Positions 12,537 to 25,538 of a DNA stretch of 64,000 nucleotides are shown here, one piece after another. The notes below the pieces were generated by a model. The model did not search any database and had not been told where the DNA came from. It worked only from the letters and a program-made list of their open reading frames with translations. The first letter of the stretch is position 1. Every line of letters begins with the position of its first letter. This DNA is from Eledone cirrhosa (taxonomy: Eukaryota). Where the stretch lies: positions 33,728,001 to 33,792,000 of the forward strand of contig OZ024754.1 in the NCBI GenBank assembly GCA_964016885.1. Reading direction: 5' to 3'. Made by a program: the position numbers and the translations under genes.

Positions 12537-13321
12537 TATTATTATTATCATTAGCTAATCTCTTTGGGAAAACTTTCGGGCAGGGGCCCATCGACAACTT
12601 CCAGAAATCCCTGGCCTGACAGTGCTACCAGGGTGCTTTGCCAGTTTGGGATAAACATGGAAGTCTGTCAGCTGGGCCAGTCCGAGATGCACGCAGCGCG
12701 ACAAAACCGTCCTGCACGTACTCGTCCAGTGTCCAAGCATTGCTGACTTGTGGGTTTATGTCGAACACCTGCTGTCGCATGTAGGATGTCAGCTGAGTCC
12801 ATCATGAGGATTGCCCCACCGTCTTCCTTTAGCAAGGAAGGGCAGGCAGTTTTTATCTACCTGGTGGCCATGGTAAAAGAAGTTGTATGGTGGACGCATT
12901 CAAAGGGCTGAAGATGACCACTTACCTCTTCGGTGATACCCTGATTAACTTTTTCTAATTTCATTTGAAAAGGAAAATCAGGGTGGAGAGGGAAGTGCTC
13001 TCTTCCCTGCAATTTGTTGAAAGGTGGGTGAGAGAGGCAAGCATAAATTTACAGCGTTTTTCTTTCTTCTTGGCTTTTGTTTCAAAAATTATCATTTTTA
13101 AAAGAACATGGAAAAATAAACAACTTTTGTCCAAAAGATGGGAGTTCTTTTATCTATGACTTGATGAACCCACTGAAGTCAACGTTTGTTGCTCTAAATC
13201 ATATAATTTCCATTTCCATATCTAATGTAACCCATCCCTGTAATATCTACAGCATCCAGCACCCATGTGACAAATAAAATGCAATTAACAGCATGACGAC
13301 AAATAAAATACTGTTACCATC

Positions 13322-13850
13322 ATTATGACAAATAAAAGACATTATCATTAACATTATGACAAATAAAAGACATTATCATTAACATTATGACAAATAAAAG
13401 ACATTATCATTACCATTATGACAAATAAAAGACATTATCATTACCATTATGACAAATAAAAGACATTATCATTACCATTATGACAAATAAAAGACATTAT
13501 CATTAACATTATGACAAATAAAAGACATTATCATTACCATTATGACAAATAAAAGACATTATCATTACCATTATGACAAATAAAAGACATTATCATTACC
13601 ATTATGACAAATAAAAGACATTATCATTACCATTATGACAAATAAAAGACATTATCATTACCATTATGACAAATAAAAGACATTATCATTACCATTATGA
13701 CAAATAAAAGACATTATCATTAACATTATCACAAATAAAAGACATTATCATTACCATTATGACAAATAAAAGACATTATCATTGCCATTATGACAAATAA
13801 AAGACATTATCATTAACATTATGACAAATAAAAGACATTATCATTGCCAT
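13322..13850. repeat. 31-bp minisatellite, about 17 copies
   Basis: Unit ATTATGACAAATAAAAGACATTATCATTACC; ends about 40 nt before the exon e acceptor. Confidence 0.95.
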
Positions 13851-13868
13851 CAGTATGATTATTATTAA

Positions 13869-14048
<180 letters not shown>

Positions 14049-14093
14049 TAAATATCTTAATTATTCACTAGTTAATATTTCATTTTATTTTAA

Positions 14094-14894
14094 CCCTTTA
14101 GCATTTAAACTGAGCATATTCGGCCAGAATTCTCTCGTCTCTTTCTTTCCAAACTGCTCATAATTATGTTAAGGTATTGTTCTCAAAATAAATAATATAT
14201 TTATGTTAAGGTATTGTTCTCAAAATAAATAATATATTTATGTTAAGGTATTGTTCTCAAAATAAATAATATCATAATTATGTTAAGGTATTGTTCTCAA
14301 AATAAATAATATCATAATTATGTTAAGGTATTGTTCTCAAAATAAATAATATCATAATTATGTTAAGGTATTGTTCTCAAAATAAATAATATCATAATTA
14401 TGTTAAAGTATTGTTCTCAAAATAAATAACATCATAATTATGTTAAGGTATTGTTCTCAAAATAAATAATATCATAACTATGTTAAGGTATTGTTCTCAA
14501 AATAAATAATATCATAATTATGTTAAGGTATTGTTCTCAAAATAAATAATATCATAATTATGTTAAAGTATTGTTCTCAAAATAAATAACATCATAATTA
14601 TGTTAAAGTATTGTTCTCAAAATAAATAATATCATAATTATGTTAAGGTATTGTTCTCAAAATAAATAATATCATAATTATGTTAAGGTATTGTTCTCAA
14701 AATAAATAATATCATAATTATGTTAAGGTATTGTTCTCAAAATAAATAATATCATAATTATGTTACGGTAGTGTTCTCAAAATAAATAATATCAAAAGCT
14801 CATAGATTTGATATTATGTGAGATAATTATGTGAAATAAAGCCTTTACTGTGAAAATACAATAGTAGATATAGAGTAATGTAAATGCTAAAGGG
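14094..14894 (+). mobile_element. piggyBac-like MITE expanded by an internal 40-bp tandem array (about 16 copies, 14160-14793)
   Basis: TTAA|CCCTTTAGCATTT...AAATGCTAAAGGG|TTAA; unit TATGTTAAGGTATTGTTCTCAAAATAAATAATATCATAAT. Confidence 0.9.
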
Positions 14895-16006
14895 TTAAGA
14901 AGAGAATCCAGCTGAGGGCACCATGCCAAACAAATGGTTGGAAGGACTTTTTAGTCATGTCACAGACACCACAACCTCCCTAGTGATAATGTCACAATAA
15001 AACACTGGGGTCGATTTAATCGACTTTCCCCTCCCCCAAAAATGCTGGCCTTGGGCCTATATAAGAAACCATTATTATTGCAATATTAGTGGAGTGTTGG
15101 ACAACAAACTGTGTAGCATAGAGTTACGTCCCTTTACGTTCTGAGTTCAAATCCTCCTGAGTTCAGCTTTGCCTTTCATTCAGGGTTGATAAAATAAAGT
15201 ACCAGTTTTGCACTGGGGTCAATTTAATGGACTTTCCTCTCCCCTTCAAATTGTTGGTCTTGTGCCTAAATCAGAAACCATTATTTTCATTATTATTCTG
15301 TGTGTGTGTGTGCGTGTGTGTGTGTCTGTCTGTGTATGTGTGTGCTATGTTTTATAGATGATATATATTGCTAAGAATGGTGGTGGGTTGGTATAATTAG
15401 TATACCATCGTATAAAATACCATTATGGTATTTTTTCTGTCTCTTTACATTCTGAGTTCAAATCCCACTACGGTTAACTTTGCCTTTCATCCTTCCACTC
15501 TAGAAAAAAATATAGTACAGGAGTTGATTTAATCAACAAATTCCCCAAAAAAATTTGCTAGCCTTGAACCTAAATTATGAATCAATATATTTTGTTAACT
15601 TAATCATCTTCATTTCGGAAATACAATTTGCTATCCGGTTATTGCAAATTTCACCACAATAAATAATTAATATATCTTTTTGTTTGGACAAAATAAAATG
15701 GAAAATGTTTGTGTTTAATAGATTAGTTCATTAATATTGTCACTCCGTTCCCCACACCAACACTTTCTGTTTTGTATTTTAATCTTTTTTTTTTTTCTGA
15801 TTTTCGTTTTTGTCATTCCGATATTATAAATCTGTTTTAAATAAATCTTTCCCCTAACGGAAATCCTAACCAATGTTTTTAGATAACTTCACCATCATGA
15901 AGGTTACATGACTTAGTGGTCAGCATAGTGGGCTCATGAGTGTTAACAGCGGAGTTTAATTTCCCATTAGTCCAGTTCACTCATAGGCTCCTTTTTGAGG
16001 CAATGT

Positions 16007-16165
16007 GCGAAGGTTGACTGAAAAGTTCATAGCTTAACTATGAAGAAGTGATGCTAGAGCTGTGAAATCTTGCATGCATTCATTTCAACTCTTCTTATTA
16101 ATAACGGCATTGTTTCTTTCCGGCGACTATGTTGAAAAGTAAACCTCATTTGGTCATTCCAAATA
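16007..16165 (-). mobile_element. mariner-derived MITE fragment
   Basis: Reverse-complement homologue of 49074-49258. Confidence 0.55.
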
Positions 16166-17027
16166 TGAAGCCTACAATGAGGCTCACCCCCTCCCCCAAC
16201 CCCAGCAAGGTTAACCCCTGCTTTGCCTTCTCCATTCTGTCCTCCGGGCCAGCACGTGGGACCCCATTTGCTCACTATACAGAGAGATGGGGGTGATGAC
16301 GGTGGGAGTTCGGCTCTTCCATGTTCGGACACATTGCATCTGTCAAGAGTGTATTTTGATGTACTTATAGCTGATATTTCTATATAGATTGCTGTTTTCA
16401 AAGATTGAATGTGTGTTTTAAGTACTATATACTATAGTTGCCTAAAGACAGACGGAAATCGGGAAATCTCAACTGCCGAAAATAACTTCCTACCTTATAG
16501 AAAGTTTTACATCCTCATCATCATCATCATCGTTTAACGTCCATCTTCCACGCTAGCATGGGTTAGACGGTTTTGCTCCATTTGATGCGGGAATGGTCGG
16601 GAGACCGTGTCTCGCTTGTACGGAAGTGTCTCTAGCAGGTTTTTTATAGCTGGATGCCCTTCCTAACACCAACCACATTTACAGTGTGGATTGGGAGCCT
16701 TTTTACCGTGTCTCCTACACAACCACCTTACAGTGTGGACTGTTGTGTCATCGACACAGTGGATGGAACGAGAAAGGGTGTGTGGGGTGGGGTGTGCATT
16801 GGGTTAAGAGGTGCCTACTGACTGTAGGTTTGTATGCAATGGCAGTCAGGTCTTCTGTACAACTGCATGGCGCCAAAGATCTTGAACCAGTGTCATTGTC
16901 TTAGAGAGGTGTAAGTAAACAAGGTCAGTTTTTCTCACCTCGTCCCAGAAATTTCCATAACACTTTAATTACCATATTTCTTATAGAAGATATTGCTCAT
17001 GATGTTATGCTGTTATGTGTTGTTTAA

Positions 17028-17242
17028 CCCTTTAGCATTTAAACCGGCCATATCCGGCCAGAATTCTCTCACCTCTTTCTGTTTAAACCAGTTGTAACTG
17101 GCCACTCATACTCATGTTAAGGTATTGTTCTCAACATAGATAATACCAAAATCTCATAGATTCAATATTATGTGAGATAATTAGGTGAAATAAAGTGTTT
17201 ACCATGAAAATATAATAGTAAATATAAAGTAATGTTAAAGGG
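17028..17242 (+). mobile_element. piggyBac-like MITE
   Basis: TTAA TSD, CCC/GGG termini, short TIR. Confidence 0.9.
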
Positions 17243-17315
17243 TTAAAAATTACTTTTGAAATTCAAAGTTGTATTTTATGTGTTCTTGAATTTATTTTTT
17301 CTCTTTTTCTGTTAG

Positions 17316-17388
17316 TGACAAAATGTTCCCAACACTTGGATTTGGAGCCAGACTACCAGATGGCAGTGTATCTCATGAATTTGCTCTG
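17316..17388 (+). CDS. Copine exon f (vWA)
   Basis: gttAG/GTAGGT; (S)DKMFPTLGFGARLPDGSVSHEFAL. Confidence 0.96.
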
Positions 17389-17564
17389 GTAGGTTCTTTT
17401 AGATTTATCCTACTTACCGCTCTGTCTAGATTAGCATTTTCCAAAGTGGATTTTGTGAAAGAGATTCTGGGCTTCTATAAGATAAGGTGTCTTCAAATAA
17501 CATTTACTTTAAAAAAATTGTATCAGAAATTGTTTTGATTTTTATGAATAAATCCTCTCTTTAA

Positions 17565-17772
17565 CCCTTTAGCATTTAAATCGGCCATATCCGGCCAGAA
17601 TTCTCTCACCTCTTTCTTTTCAAACTGGCTGTAACTGGCTGCTCATACTTATGCTAAGGTATTGTTCTCAAAATATATAACATTAAAATCTCACAGATTC
17701 GATATTATGTGAGATAAAGTCCTTATCACAAAAACACAATAGTATATATAGAGTAATGTAAAGGCTAAAGGG
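17565..17772 (+). mobile_element. piggyBac-like MITE
   Basis: TTAA TSD, CCC/GGG termini; same family as 17028. Confidence 0.9.
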
Positions 17773-18479
17773 TTAAAACAATTTTTGTTTCCTTTTGATC
17801 TGAATTGACACAATCCCAGACCTCAGTCACATATCGAGTGTGGTGGAGCTCATCAGAACAGACCAAGGAAACAATATTTCCATTGGTTTTTTTTCCAATT
17901 GCTGATATATCTACAGGTTGTAACTCCTGGAAGAAAGAGCAATGTCAAATAAAGCATCTTGCTCAAGGACACAAAGCATCACCTGGCTGTGGAATCGAAC
18001 TCACAACCTCACAATTGTGAATTCAACTTTCTAACCACTAAGCCATGCACCTTGTTGTTGTTTCCTTTAATGTCTTATTAAAATTTTCAATGGTGGGAAA
18101 TACCCAAAAGTTTTGTTTGTTTGGTTTTTTTTAAGCTAATGTATTCCATGAAAAAATATGTTTGGGAAGCACTGGTCTGAATCAGTGATTCCCAAAGTGG
18201 ACGTTATCCCCTGGTTGTGGGCATTAGGAGATTCAAGAGGGGCAGTGAAAGGAAAGGTGGGGTCATACAAGGTGTTTGGAAAGGAAGGAAGGGTGAGAGA
18301 GGGGCAGTGAAAGGAAAGGTAGGGAGGGTCATACAAGGTGTATGGAAAGGAAGGAGAGGTGAGAGAGGAAAAGATCAAAGAATACAAATTAGTTCTAGCT
18401 CATAAAACTATTCAATGAAACAACTGAAGGTTCAACATGGAAACTAATGGAGGATCAACTACATAACATAACATTTCCC

Positions 18480-19160
18480 AATTATCCCAGAATATCTTGT
18501 AAGGATTTAACAGAAAATATCTAAAAATTGGTTTGTTAATTCAAATATTTATAGTATATTTATTAGTGGACAGATCGTTGCAAAAATTTTCAGTATTATC
18601 TCTTAACATCCTGTAATGATTTAGCAAAAAATATCTATAAATTTGTTTGTTAATTTAAATATTTATAGTATATTTATTAGTGGACAGATTGTTGTGAAAA
18701 TTTGCAGTATTATTTCTTGAGTTCAAATCCCGCCGAGGTTAACTTTGCCTTTCATCCTTACGGGGTCGATAAAATAAAGTACCAGTAATACACTGGGTAA
18801 TTATTGGCCTTGTGCCTAACGTAGAAACAATTATTTTTTACCATCCTGTAATGATTTAACAGAAAATATCTCAAAATTGGTTCATTAATTCAAATGTTTA
18901 TAGTTACTTTATTAGAGGACAGATCGTTTTGAAAATTTGTAGTATTATCTCTTATCATCCTGTAATGATTTAGCAGAAAATATTTAAAAACAGGTTTGTT
19001 AATTCAAATGTTTATAGTATCTTTACAACTATGTTCACTGAAAATTTGCAGTATTTTCTCTTAACATTTAGCAGAAAATATCTAAGAACAGGTTTGTTAA
19101 TTCAAATGATTGTAGTATTTTTACTAGAGGACAGAACATCATGAAAATTTGTAGTAAAGA
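18480..19160. repeat. Diverged ~110-bp tandem repeat (about 5 copies) interrupted by a SINE A fragment at 18718-18835
   Basis: Recurring atcctgtaatgattta.cagaaaatatcta..gtttgttaattcaaat..ggacagatc..gaaaatttg.agtatt. Confidence 0.75.
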
Positions 19161-19397
19161 CTTTAATATTTATCATGATAGAGGTATAGCGTTGTTTTGT
19201 ACTTTTCAAGAATATCTTGCTAATGTGGCTTCATGTGGAGCAGGACATTAAATGTCAAGGTGTTATGTCTTTATGAATAAATGAATACACTGCAACAGTG
19301 TAATAACAATATAATCAAAACAAACATCAATAGCTACACATAATAGAACAACAATCTTTTAAGAACCAACAATCCAACACACTAACTTGAACTCCAA

Positions 19398-19910
19398 TCT
19401 TTGACTACCAACACACGAACTGTGGAACTAGTACCAACTGCAACTATCAACACACGAACTGTGGAACTAGTACCAACTTTGACTATCAACACACGAACTG
19501 TGGAACTAGTACCAACTTTGACTACCAACACACGAACTGTGGAACTAGTACCAACTGCAACTATCAACACACGAACTGTGGAACTAGTACCAACTTTGAC
19601 TACCAACACACGAACTGTGGAACTAGTACCAACTGCAACTATCAACACACGAACTGTGGAACTAGTACCAACTGCAACTATCAACACACGAACTGTGGAA
19701 CTAGTACCAACTTTGACTATCAACACACGAACTGTGGAACTAGTACCAACTTTGACTATCAACACACGAACTGTGGAACTAGTACCAACTTTGACTATCA
19801 ACACACGAACTGTGGAACTAGTACCAACTTTGACTATCAACACACGAACTGTGGAACTAGTACCAACTTTGACTATCAACACACGAACTGTGAAACTAGT
19901 ACCAACTTTT
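19398..19910. repeat. 39-bp minisatellite, about 13 copies
   Basis: Unit AACACACGAACTGTGGAACTAGTACCAACTTTGACTATC with a GCA variant. Confidence 0.95.
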
Positions 19911-20129
19911 CCACTTACTCAGGCCGCTACTATTTATATGTAGTAATCCTGCTCGTTCTTGCCAGGGGGCGTTGTACTCTCACACAACACAAGGTGAATG
20001 TTATACATAGTGAACTAGATCCACTTATTTTCACCTAATAATATATTGTGTTATACTGTATTCTTCTGTGTTTAACGTGCAGTTTTTTTTCACAGTTTTC
20101 CTTATTTGTTTTGGGGAAGCACAGTAAAC

Positions 20130-20500
20130 ACCATAACTATTGATAAGCAGGCTTTTCTGGACATTATTCTAGTAAAAAAATGGGGGGCGAGTTATACACA
20201 AATTCATGCAATACACAGAAGAATACGATATATTCTACTACACTGCTGCAGTATACAATATAACTTTTGATAAGCAGGCTTTTCCGGTCATTATTCTTGT
20301 AAAAAATGGGTGGGGGTGTTATACATAAATGCATGCAATACACAGAAGAATACGATATATTCTACTACAACTACTGCAGTATACACGATAACTATTGATA
20401 AGCAAGCTTTTCCGGTCATTATTCTTGTAAAAAATTGGTGGGGGTGTTATACATAAATGCATGCAATACACAGAAGAATACGATATATTCTACTACAACT
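20130..20500. repeat. ~125-bp tandem triplication
   Basis: gataagcaggctttt..catgcaatacacagaagaatacgatatattctactaca occurs three times. Confidence 0.85.
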
Positions 20501-20756
20501 GTTATCTTCTCCTCAGTTGTCATTTACAACAAGAACAACTTGTTCTTATTGTCTGTTCATCCTCAAGTGTGATTTTATTTCAGTATAATAATGATGTACT
20601 TACTGGCTTTAGCTTATCCAGTCTGTGGAGACTAATAGAAGCAGGGCAGTTTAGTTCACTAATAGATAGAACCAATTATCTAGACAATCAGATTCTTCAC
20701 AAGCAAGGTTTACTGTTCCAACTCTGCAGTAATTTAGTTCTCAGGTTTGATAAAAT

Positions 20757-21715
20757 GTCATATTAGTATATAGAGACAGGAGAGAGAGAGGGGGGTGTTA
20801 TATTAGTATATAGAGACAGGAGAGAGAGAGGGGGTGTTATATTAGTAGATAGAGACAGGAGAGAGAGAGGGGGTGTTATATTAGTATATAGAGACAGGAG
20901 AGAGAGAGGGGGGTGTTATATTAGTAGATAGAGACAGGAGAGAGAGAGGGGGTGTTATATTGGTAGATAAAGACAGGAGAGAGAGAGAGGGGGTGTTATA
21001 TTAGTAGATAGAGACAGGAGAGAGAGATGGGTGTTATATTGGTAGATAGAGACAGGAGAGAGAGGGGGGTGTTATATTGGTAGATAGAGACAGGAGAGAG
21101 AGGGGGGTGTTATTTTGGTAGATAGAGACAGGAGAGAGAGGGGGGTGTTATTTTGGTAGATAGAGACAGGAGAGAGAGAGAGGGGGTGTTATATTAGTAG
21201 ATAGAGACAGGAGAGAGAGATGGGTGTTATATTGGTAGATAGAGACAGGAGAGAGAGGGGAGTGTTATATTAGTAGATAGAAACAGGAGAGAGGGGGATG
21301 TTATATTGGTATATAGAGACAGGAGAGAGAGTGAGGGGATGTCATATTAGTAGATAGTGACAGGAGAGAGAGAGAGGGGTGTTATATTGGTAGACAGAGA
21401 CAGGAGAGAGAGAGAGGGATGTCATATTAGTAGATAGAGACAGGAGAGAGAGAGAGGGGGGTGTTATATTGGTAGATAGAGACAGGAGAGAGGGGGATGT
21501 TATATTGGTAGATAGAGACAGGAGAGAGAGGGGGGTGTTATATTGGTAGATAGAGACAGGAGAGAGAGGGGGATGTTATATTGGTAGATAGAGACAGGAG
21601 AGAGAGAGGGGGATGTTATATTGGTAGATAGAGACAGGAGAGAGAGAGGGGAGTGTTATATTGGTAGATAGAGACAGGAGAGAGAGAGGGGAGTGTTATA
21701 TTAGTAGTAGATAGA
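20757..21715. repeat. Purine-rich ~40-bp minisatellite, about 24 copies
   Basis: GTGTTATATT(A/G)GTAGATAGAGACAG(GA)nG(n). Confidence 0.93.
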
Positions 21716-21764
21716 AATAGGAGAGAGGGGAGGAAAATACTGACAGTTTGGTACATTGTATTAA

Positions 21765-21822
<58 letters not shown>

Positions 21823-22664
21823 GTTTAAGAGCGGTGCATTGGCAGTACCGGTAGAGTGTCGGACACCATGTTTTACAGCATAAAGTTACGCCCCTTTACA
21901 TTCTGAGTTCAAATCCCGCCGAGGTTAACTTTGCCTTTCATCCTTACGGGGTCGATAAAATAAAGTACCAGTAATGTACTGGTGTCGATTTAATCGACTT
22001 GCCTCTCTCCCAGTATTGCTGGCATCGTGCCTAAACCAGAAACCATTATTGTTGTTGTTGTTGCTGTTTTCTGTCCCAATAAGATAAGTATGTCAAGATT
22101 ATATTACATTTGACACAGACACATATAGACATACTCACACATATAGACACAGACACACATACACACATACATACACACATAGACACACACATAGACACAC
22201 ACATAGACACACACATAGATATTCATACACACACACATAGACATACACACACACACACACACACTTACATGCACACATAGACATTCATACACATACACAT
22301 AGACATACCCACACATACACACTTAGACATTCATACGCATACACACACATAGACATTCATACACATACACACAGACATACACACACATACACACAGACTT
22401 ACATACACACATAGACATTCATACACATACACACACACATAGACATACACACACATACACACTTAGACAAAGACACACACACATACATATACACACATGG
22501 TTATTATAGGTTTTACAAAACTAAATATTTGGGTTTTCCAATATTTTCTTCTTCCTCTTTCTGAACATCTTGATAACATTATCACACCAGGGGCCAATGT
22601 AACCAAAGAGATGAAGTATTATAGAAATTACAGAATAATCAAAACTATGTTCAAAACATTTTAT

Positions 22665-22711
22665 TGCTGACAATCGTTTCTTCCATACTTTCATTTGGAA
22701 TCATCAGAGCA
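22665..22711 (-). ncRNA. Minimal type I hammerhead ribozyme
   Basis: Minus strand: UGCU CUGAUGA UUCCA-aaugaaagua-UGGAA GAAAC GAUU GUC^ AGCA. Complete core, stem I UGCU/AGCA, stem II UUCCA/UGGAA, very short stem III. Confidence 0.72.
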
Positions 22712-22825
22712 CTAGCAAAGTTTAGACATATAATTAACCTCCTATTCCACAGAACAATCGTAAAGCTATGTAGATGTTAGTGTTGTCATTAACAGGAGGT
22801 TAATTATATGTCTAAACTTTGCTAG

Positions 22826-22871
22826 TGCTCTGATGATTCCAAAGAAAGTTTGGTAGAAACGATTGTCAACA
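22826..22871 (+). ncRNA. Minimal type I hammerhead ribozyme, sense strand of the copine intron
   Basis: UGCU CUGAUGA(22830-36) UUCCAAA-gaaag-UUUGGUA GAAAC GAUU GUC^ AACA; one mismatch in stem I and one in stem II. Confidence 0.6.
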
Positions 22872-23169
22872 ATGAAATGCTTTGAGCATAGTTTTGATTA
22901 TTCTGTAATTTATATTTCGGCTCTGTAAAGCATCTGATGTATTTACATTGAGCTATTTTTCTTACTGGTAATAAGGTGGTAATGAATTACTGACCTTTCC
23001 TGTTTATAATTATATATAGTGTATATATAAGTATAAATATTATTATTATTATTTATATTAGTTATTACAGATTTCCAATTGGTCGCTACTTTTACTCTAT
23101 AAACAGAGATGTAAAAGATTGAAGAAAATAAGTGGTAATGGTGTTGAACGTACGAACATAATGTGATGG

Positions 23170-24255
23170 GTTCAATTCCTAGACTGGGTTGTGTGTTGGA
23201 CTTATAATCATATGTCAAGAGTTCAATTCCTAGACTGGGTTGTGTGTTGGACTTATAATCATATGTCAAGAGTTCAATTCCTAGACTGGCTTGTGTGTTG
23301 GACTTATAATCATAATTCCAAGAGTTCAATTCCTAGACTGGGTTGTGTGTTGGACTTATAATCATAATGCCAAGGTTTCAATTCCTAGACTGGGTTGTGT
23401 GTTGGACTTGTAATCATATGTCAAGAGTTCAATTCCCAGACTGGCTTGTGTGTTGGTCTTATAATCATAATACCAAGGGTTCTATTCCTAGACTGGGTTG
23501 TGTGTTGGACTTATAATCATATGTCAAGAGTTCAATTCCTAGACTGGCTTGTGTGTTGGACTTATAATCATATGTCAAGAGTTCAATTCCTAGACTGGCT
23601 TGTGTGTTGGACTTATAATCATAATACCAAGAGTTCAATTCCTAGACTGGGTTGTGTGTTGGACTTATAATCATATGTCAAGAGTTCAATTCCTAGACTG
23701 GCTTGAGTGTTGGACTTATAATCATATGTCATGAGTTCAATTCCTAGACTGGGTTGTGTGTTGGACTTATAATCATAATTCCAAGAGTTCAATTCCTAGA
23801 CTGGCTTGTGTGTTGGACTTATAATCATATGTCAAGAGTTCAATTCCTAGACTGGCTTGAGTGTTGGACTTATAATCATATGTCAAGAGTTCAATTCCTA
23901 GACTGGGTTGTGTGTTGGACTTATAATCATATGTCAAGAGTTCAATTCCTAGACTGGCTTGTGTGTTGGACTCATAATCATAATACCAAGAGTTCAATTC
24001 CTAGACTGGGTTGTGTGTTGGACTTATAATCATAATTCCAAGAGTTCAATTCCTAGACTGGGTTGTGTGTTGGACTTATAATCATAATTCCAAGAGTTCA
24101 ATTCCTAGACTGGCTTGTGTGTTGGACTTATAATCATAATACCAAGAGTCCAATTCCTAGACTGGGTTGTGTGTTGGACTTATAATCATAATTCCAAGAG
24201 TTCAATTCCTAGACTGGGTTGTGTTGGACTTTCAATCATATGTCATGGGTTCAAT
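23170..24255 (+). repeat. 51/52-bp minisatellite (about 21 copies) derived from a SINE tRNA-like head
   Basis: Unit GTTCAATTCCTAGACTGG(G/C)TTGTGTGTTGGACTTATAATCATATGTCAAGA; compare 1024-1069 ttggacttacaatcatgatgtcatgggttcgattcctggactgg. Confidence 0.93.
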
Positions 24256-24393
24256 TAAGTATTAGGAAGGTCATTCAGTTTGAGACACCATGCCAAACTT
24301 TGGAACATCTAGGAGAACAAGTGACTCTGAGTAAGTACTTGCTTGGAGCTTGACAATCTGTCCAATCCATCTCAGCATGGAAAGTTGATATAA

Positions 24394-24614
24394 CCCTTTA
24401 GCATTTACATTACTCTGTATATATTATTGTATTTTCACAGTAAAGGCTTTACCTCACATAATTATTTCACATTTTATTGAATCTATGAGATTTTGATATT
24501 ATATATTTTGAGAACAATATGTTAATATCAGTATGAGTGACCAGTTTCAGCTAGTTTTAACAGAAAGAGGTGAAAGAATTCTGACCGGATATGGCCGGTT
24601 TAAATGCTAAAGGG
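24394..24614 (-). mobile_element. piggyBac-like MITE, inverted, with ATAA target duplication
   Basis: ATAA|CCCTTTAGCATTTACA...AAATGCTAAAGGG|ATAA. Confidence 0.88.
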
Positions 24615-24700
24615 ATAAAATAATCTTCATTATCTTTGTGGAATTTTTGTATGAAATATTTTGGAAAATAATCAAGAATTAATGTATTTTTTTCTTCCAG

Positions 24701-24828
24701 AATTGCAACCCTAATAACCCCTACTGTGTTGGAATTCAAGGTATTCTCCAGGCTTACTATGACTCACTCCAAAGGGTCCAGTTATATGGACCCACCAATT
24801 TTTCCCCTGTTATTAACCATGTTGCTAA
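24701..24828 (+). CDS. Copine exon g (vWA)
   Basis: ttccAG/GTAAGT; [43 protein letters not shown] contains LYGPTNF. Confidence 0.96.
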
Positions 24829-25192
24829 GTAAGTTGTTTGATTTTTATTTTAAATATTTTGACCTTGTGTATCAGGTTTAACTATACCAAATCCCTGATT
24901 GTCATAAGAAGTGACTAAAGGGGGGGGGGGTGTTAGGAAGGGCATTCACTTGTCAGACATTGCTTTGAATGTCTTGTTCAACTTATGCCAGAGTGGAAAA
25001 GTCAACATAAAAACAATGATTTTATCCATGATTAGTGAATTATAACATCATTGGTCACATGTCTTCAATGGACCAATCACATTGGTTTCTTGTATTGCTG
25101 ACACAGGAAGTAACAAATGAATGTAGAACAAATATCCCAAAAGACTGCTATAGAGTTTGTTAGGTTTTCTCCATATTTATATCCTCCTTAAT

Positions 25193-25538
25193 GGAGGCAC
25201 ATGGCTTTGTGGTTAGAGCATTGGCCTTGCAATCGAAAGGTTGTGAGTTCAATTCTCAGACCGGGTGATGTGTTGTTTCCTTGAGCAAGACACTTTATTT
25301 CACATTGCTCCAGTTTACTCAGCTGTAGAAATGAGATGATAGGGACTGGGGCCCCTATCATTCCACTGCAAAGTGGTCGTGGAGGTGCCATGGAAAAAAG
25401 CACCCAGCACTCACTGTAAATGAGGTTGGTGTTAGGAAGGGCATCCAGCTGTAGAAATCAAGCTAGAATCAGTTCCCATCCCACCCTTGCAAGCAGGGAA
25501 AAGCGGATGTAAAATGATGATGATGATGATGATGATGA
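25193..25538 (+). mobile_element. Full-length CORE-like SINE with RTE tail (family B)
   Basis: tRNA-like head (TGGCTTTGTGG..GAGTTCAATTC), CCTTGAGCAAGACACT..CTCAGCTGTAGAAATG core, RTE-type 3' end and (GAT)n. Confidence 0.85.

Larger units (their letters stand above)
22625..22911. mobile_element. Fold-back palindrome with ~118-bp arms, probable inverted Penelope-like pLTR pair
   Basis: Left arm 22625-22743, right arm 22794-22911, 50-nt spacer; each arm holds a hammerhead core. Confidence 0.7.

Noticed and set aside
19382-19943. 166-aa and 180-aa repetitive ORFs
   Set aside because: 39-bp minisatellite with no splice or domain support.
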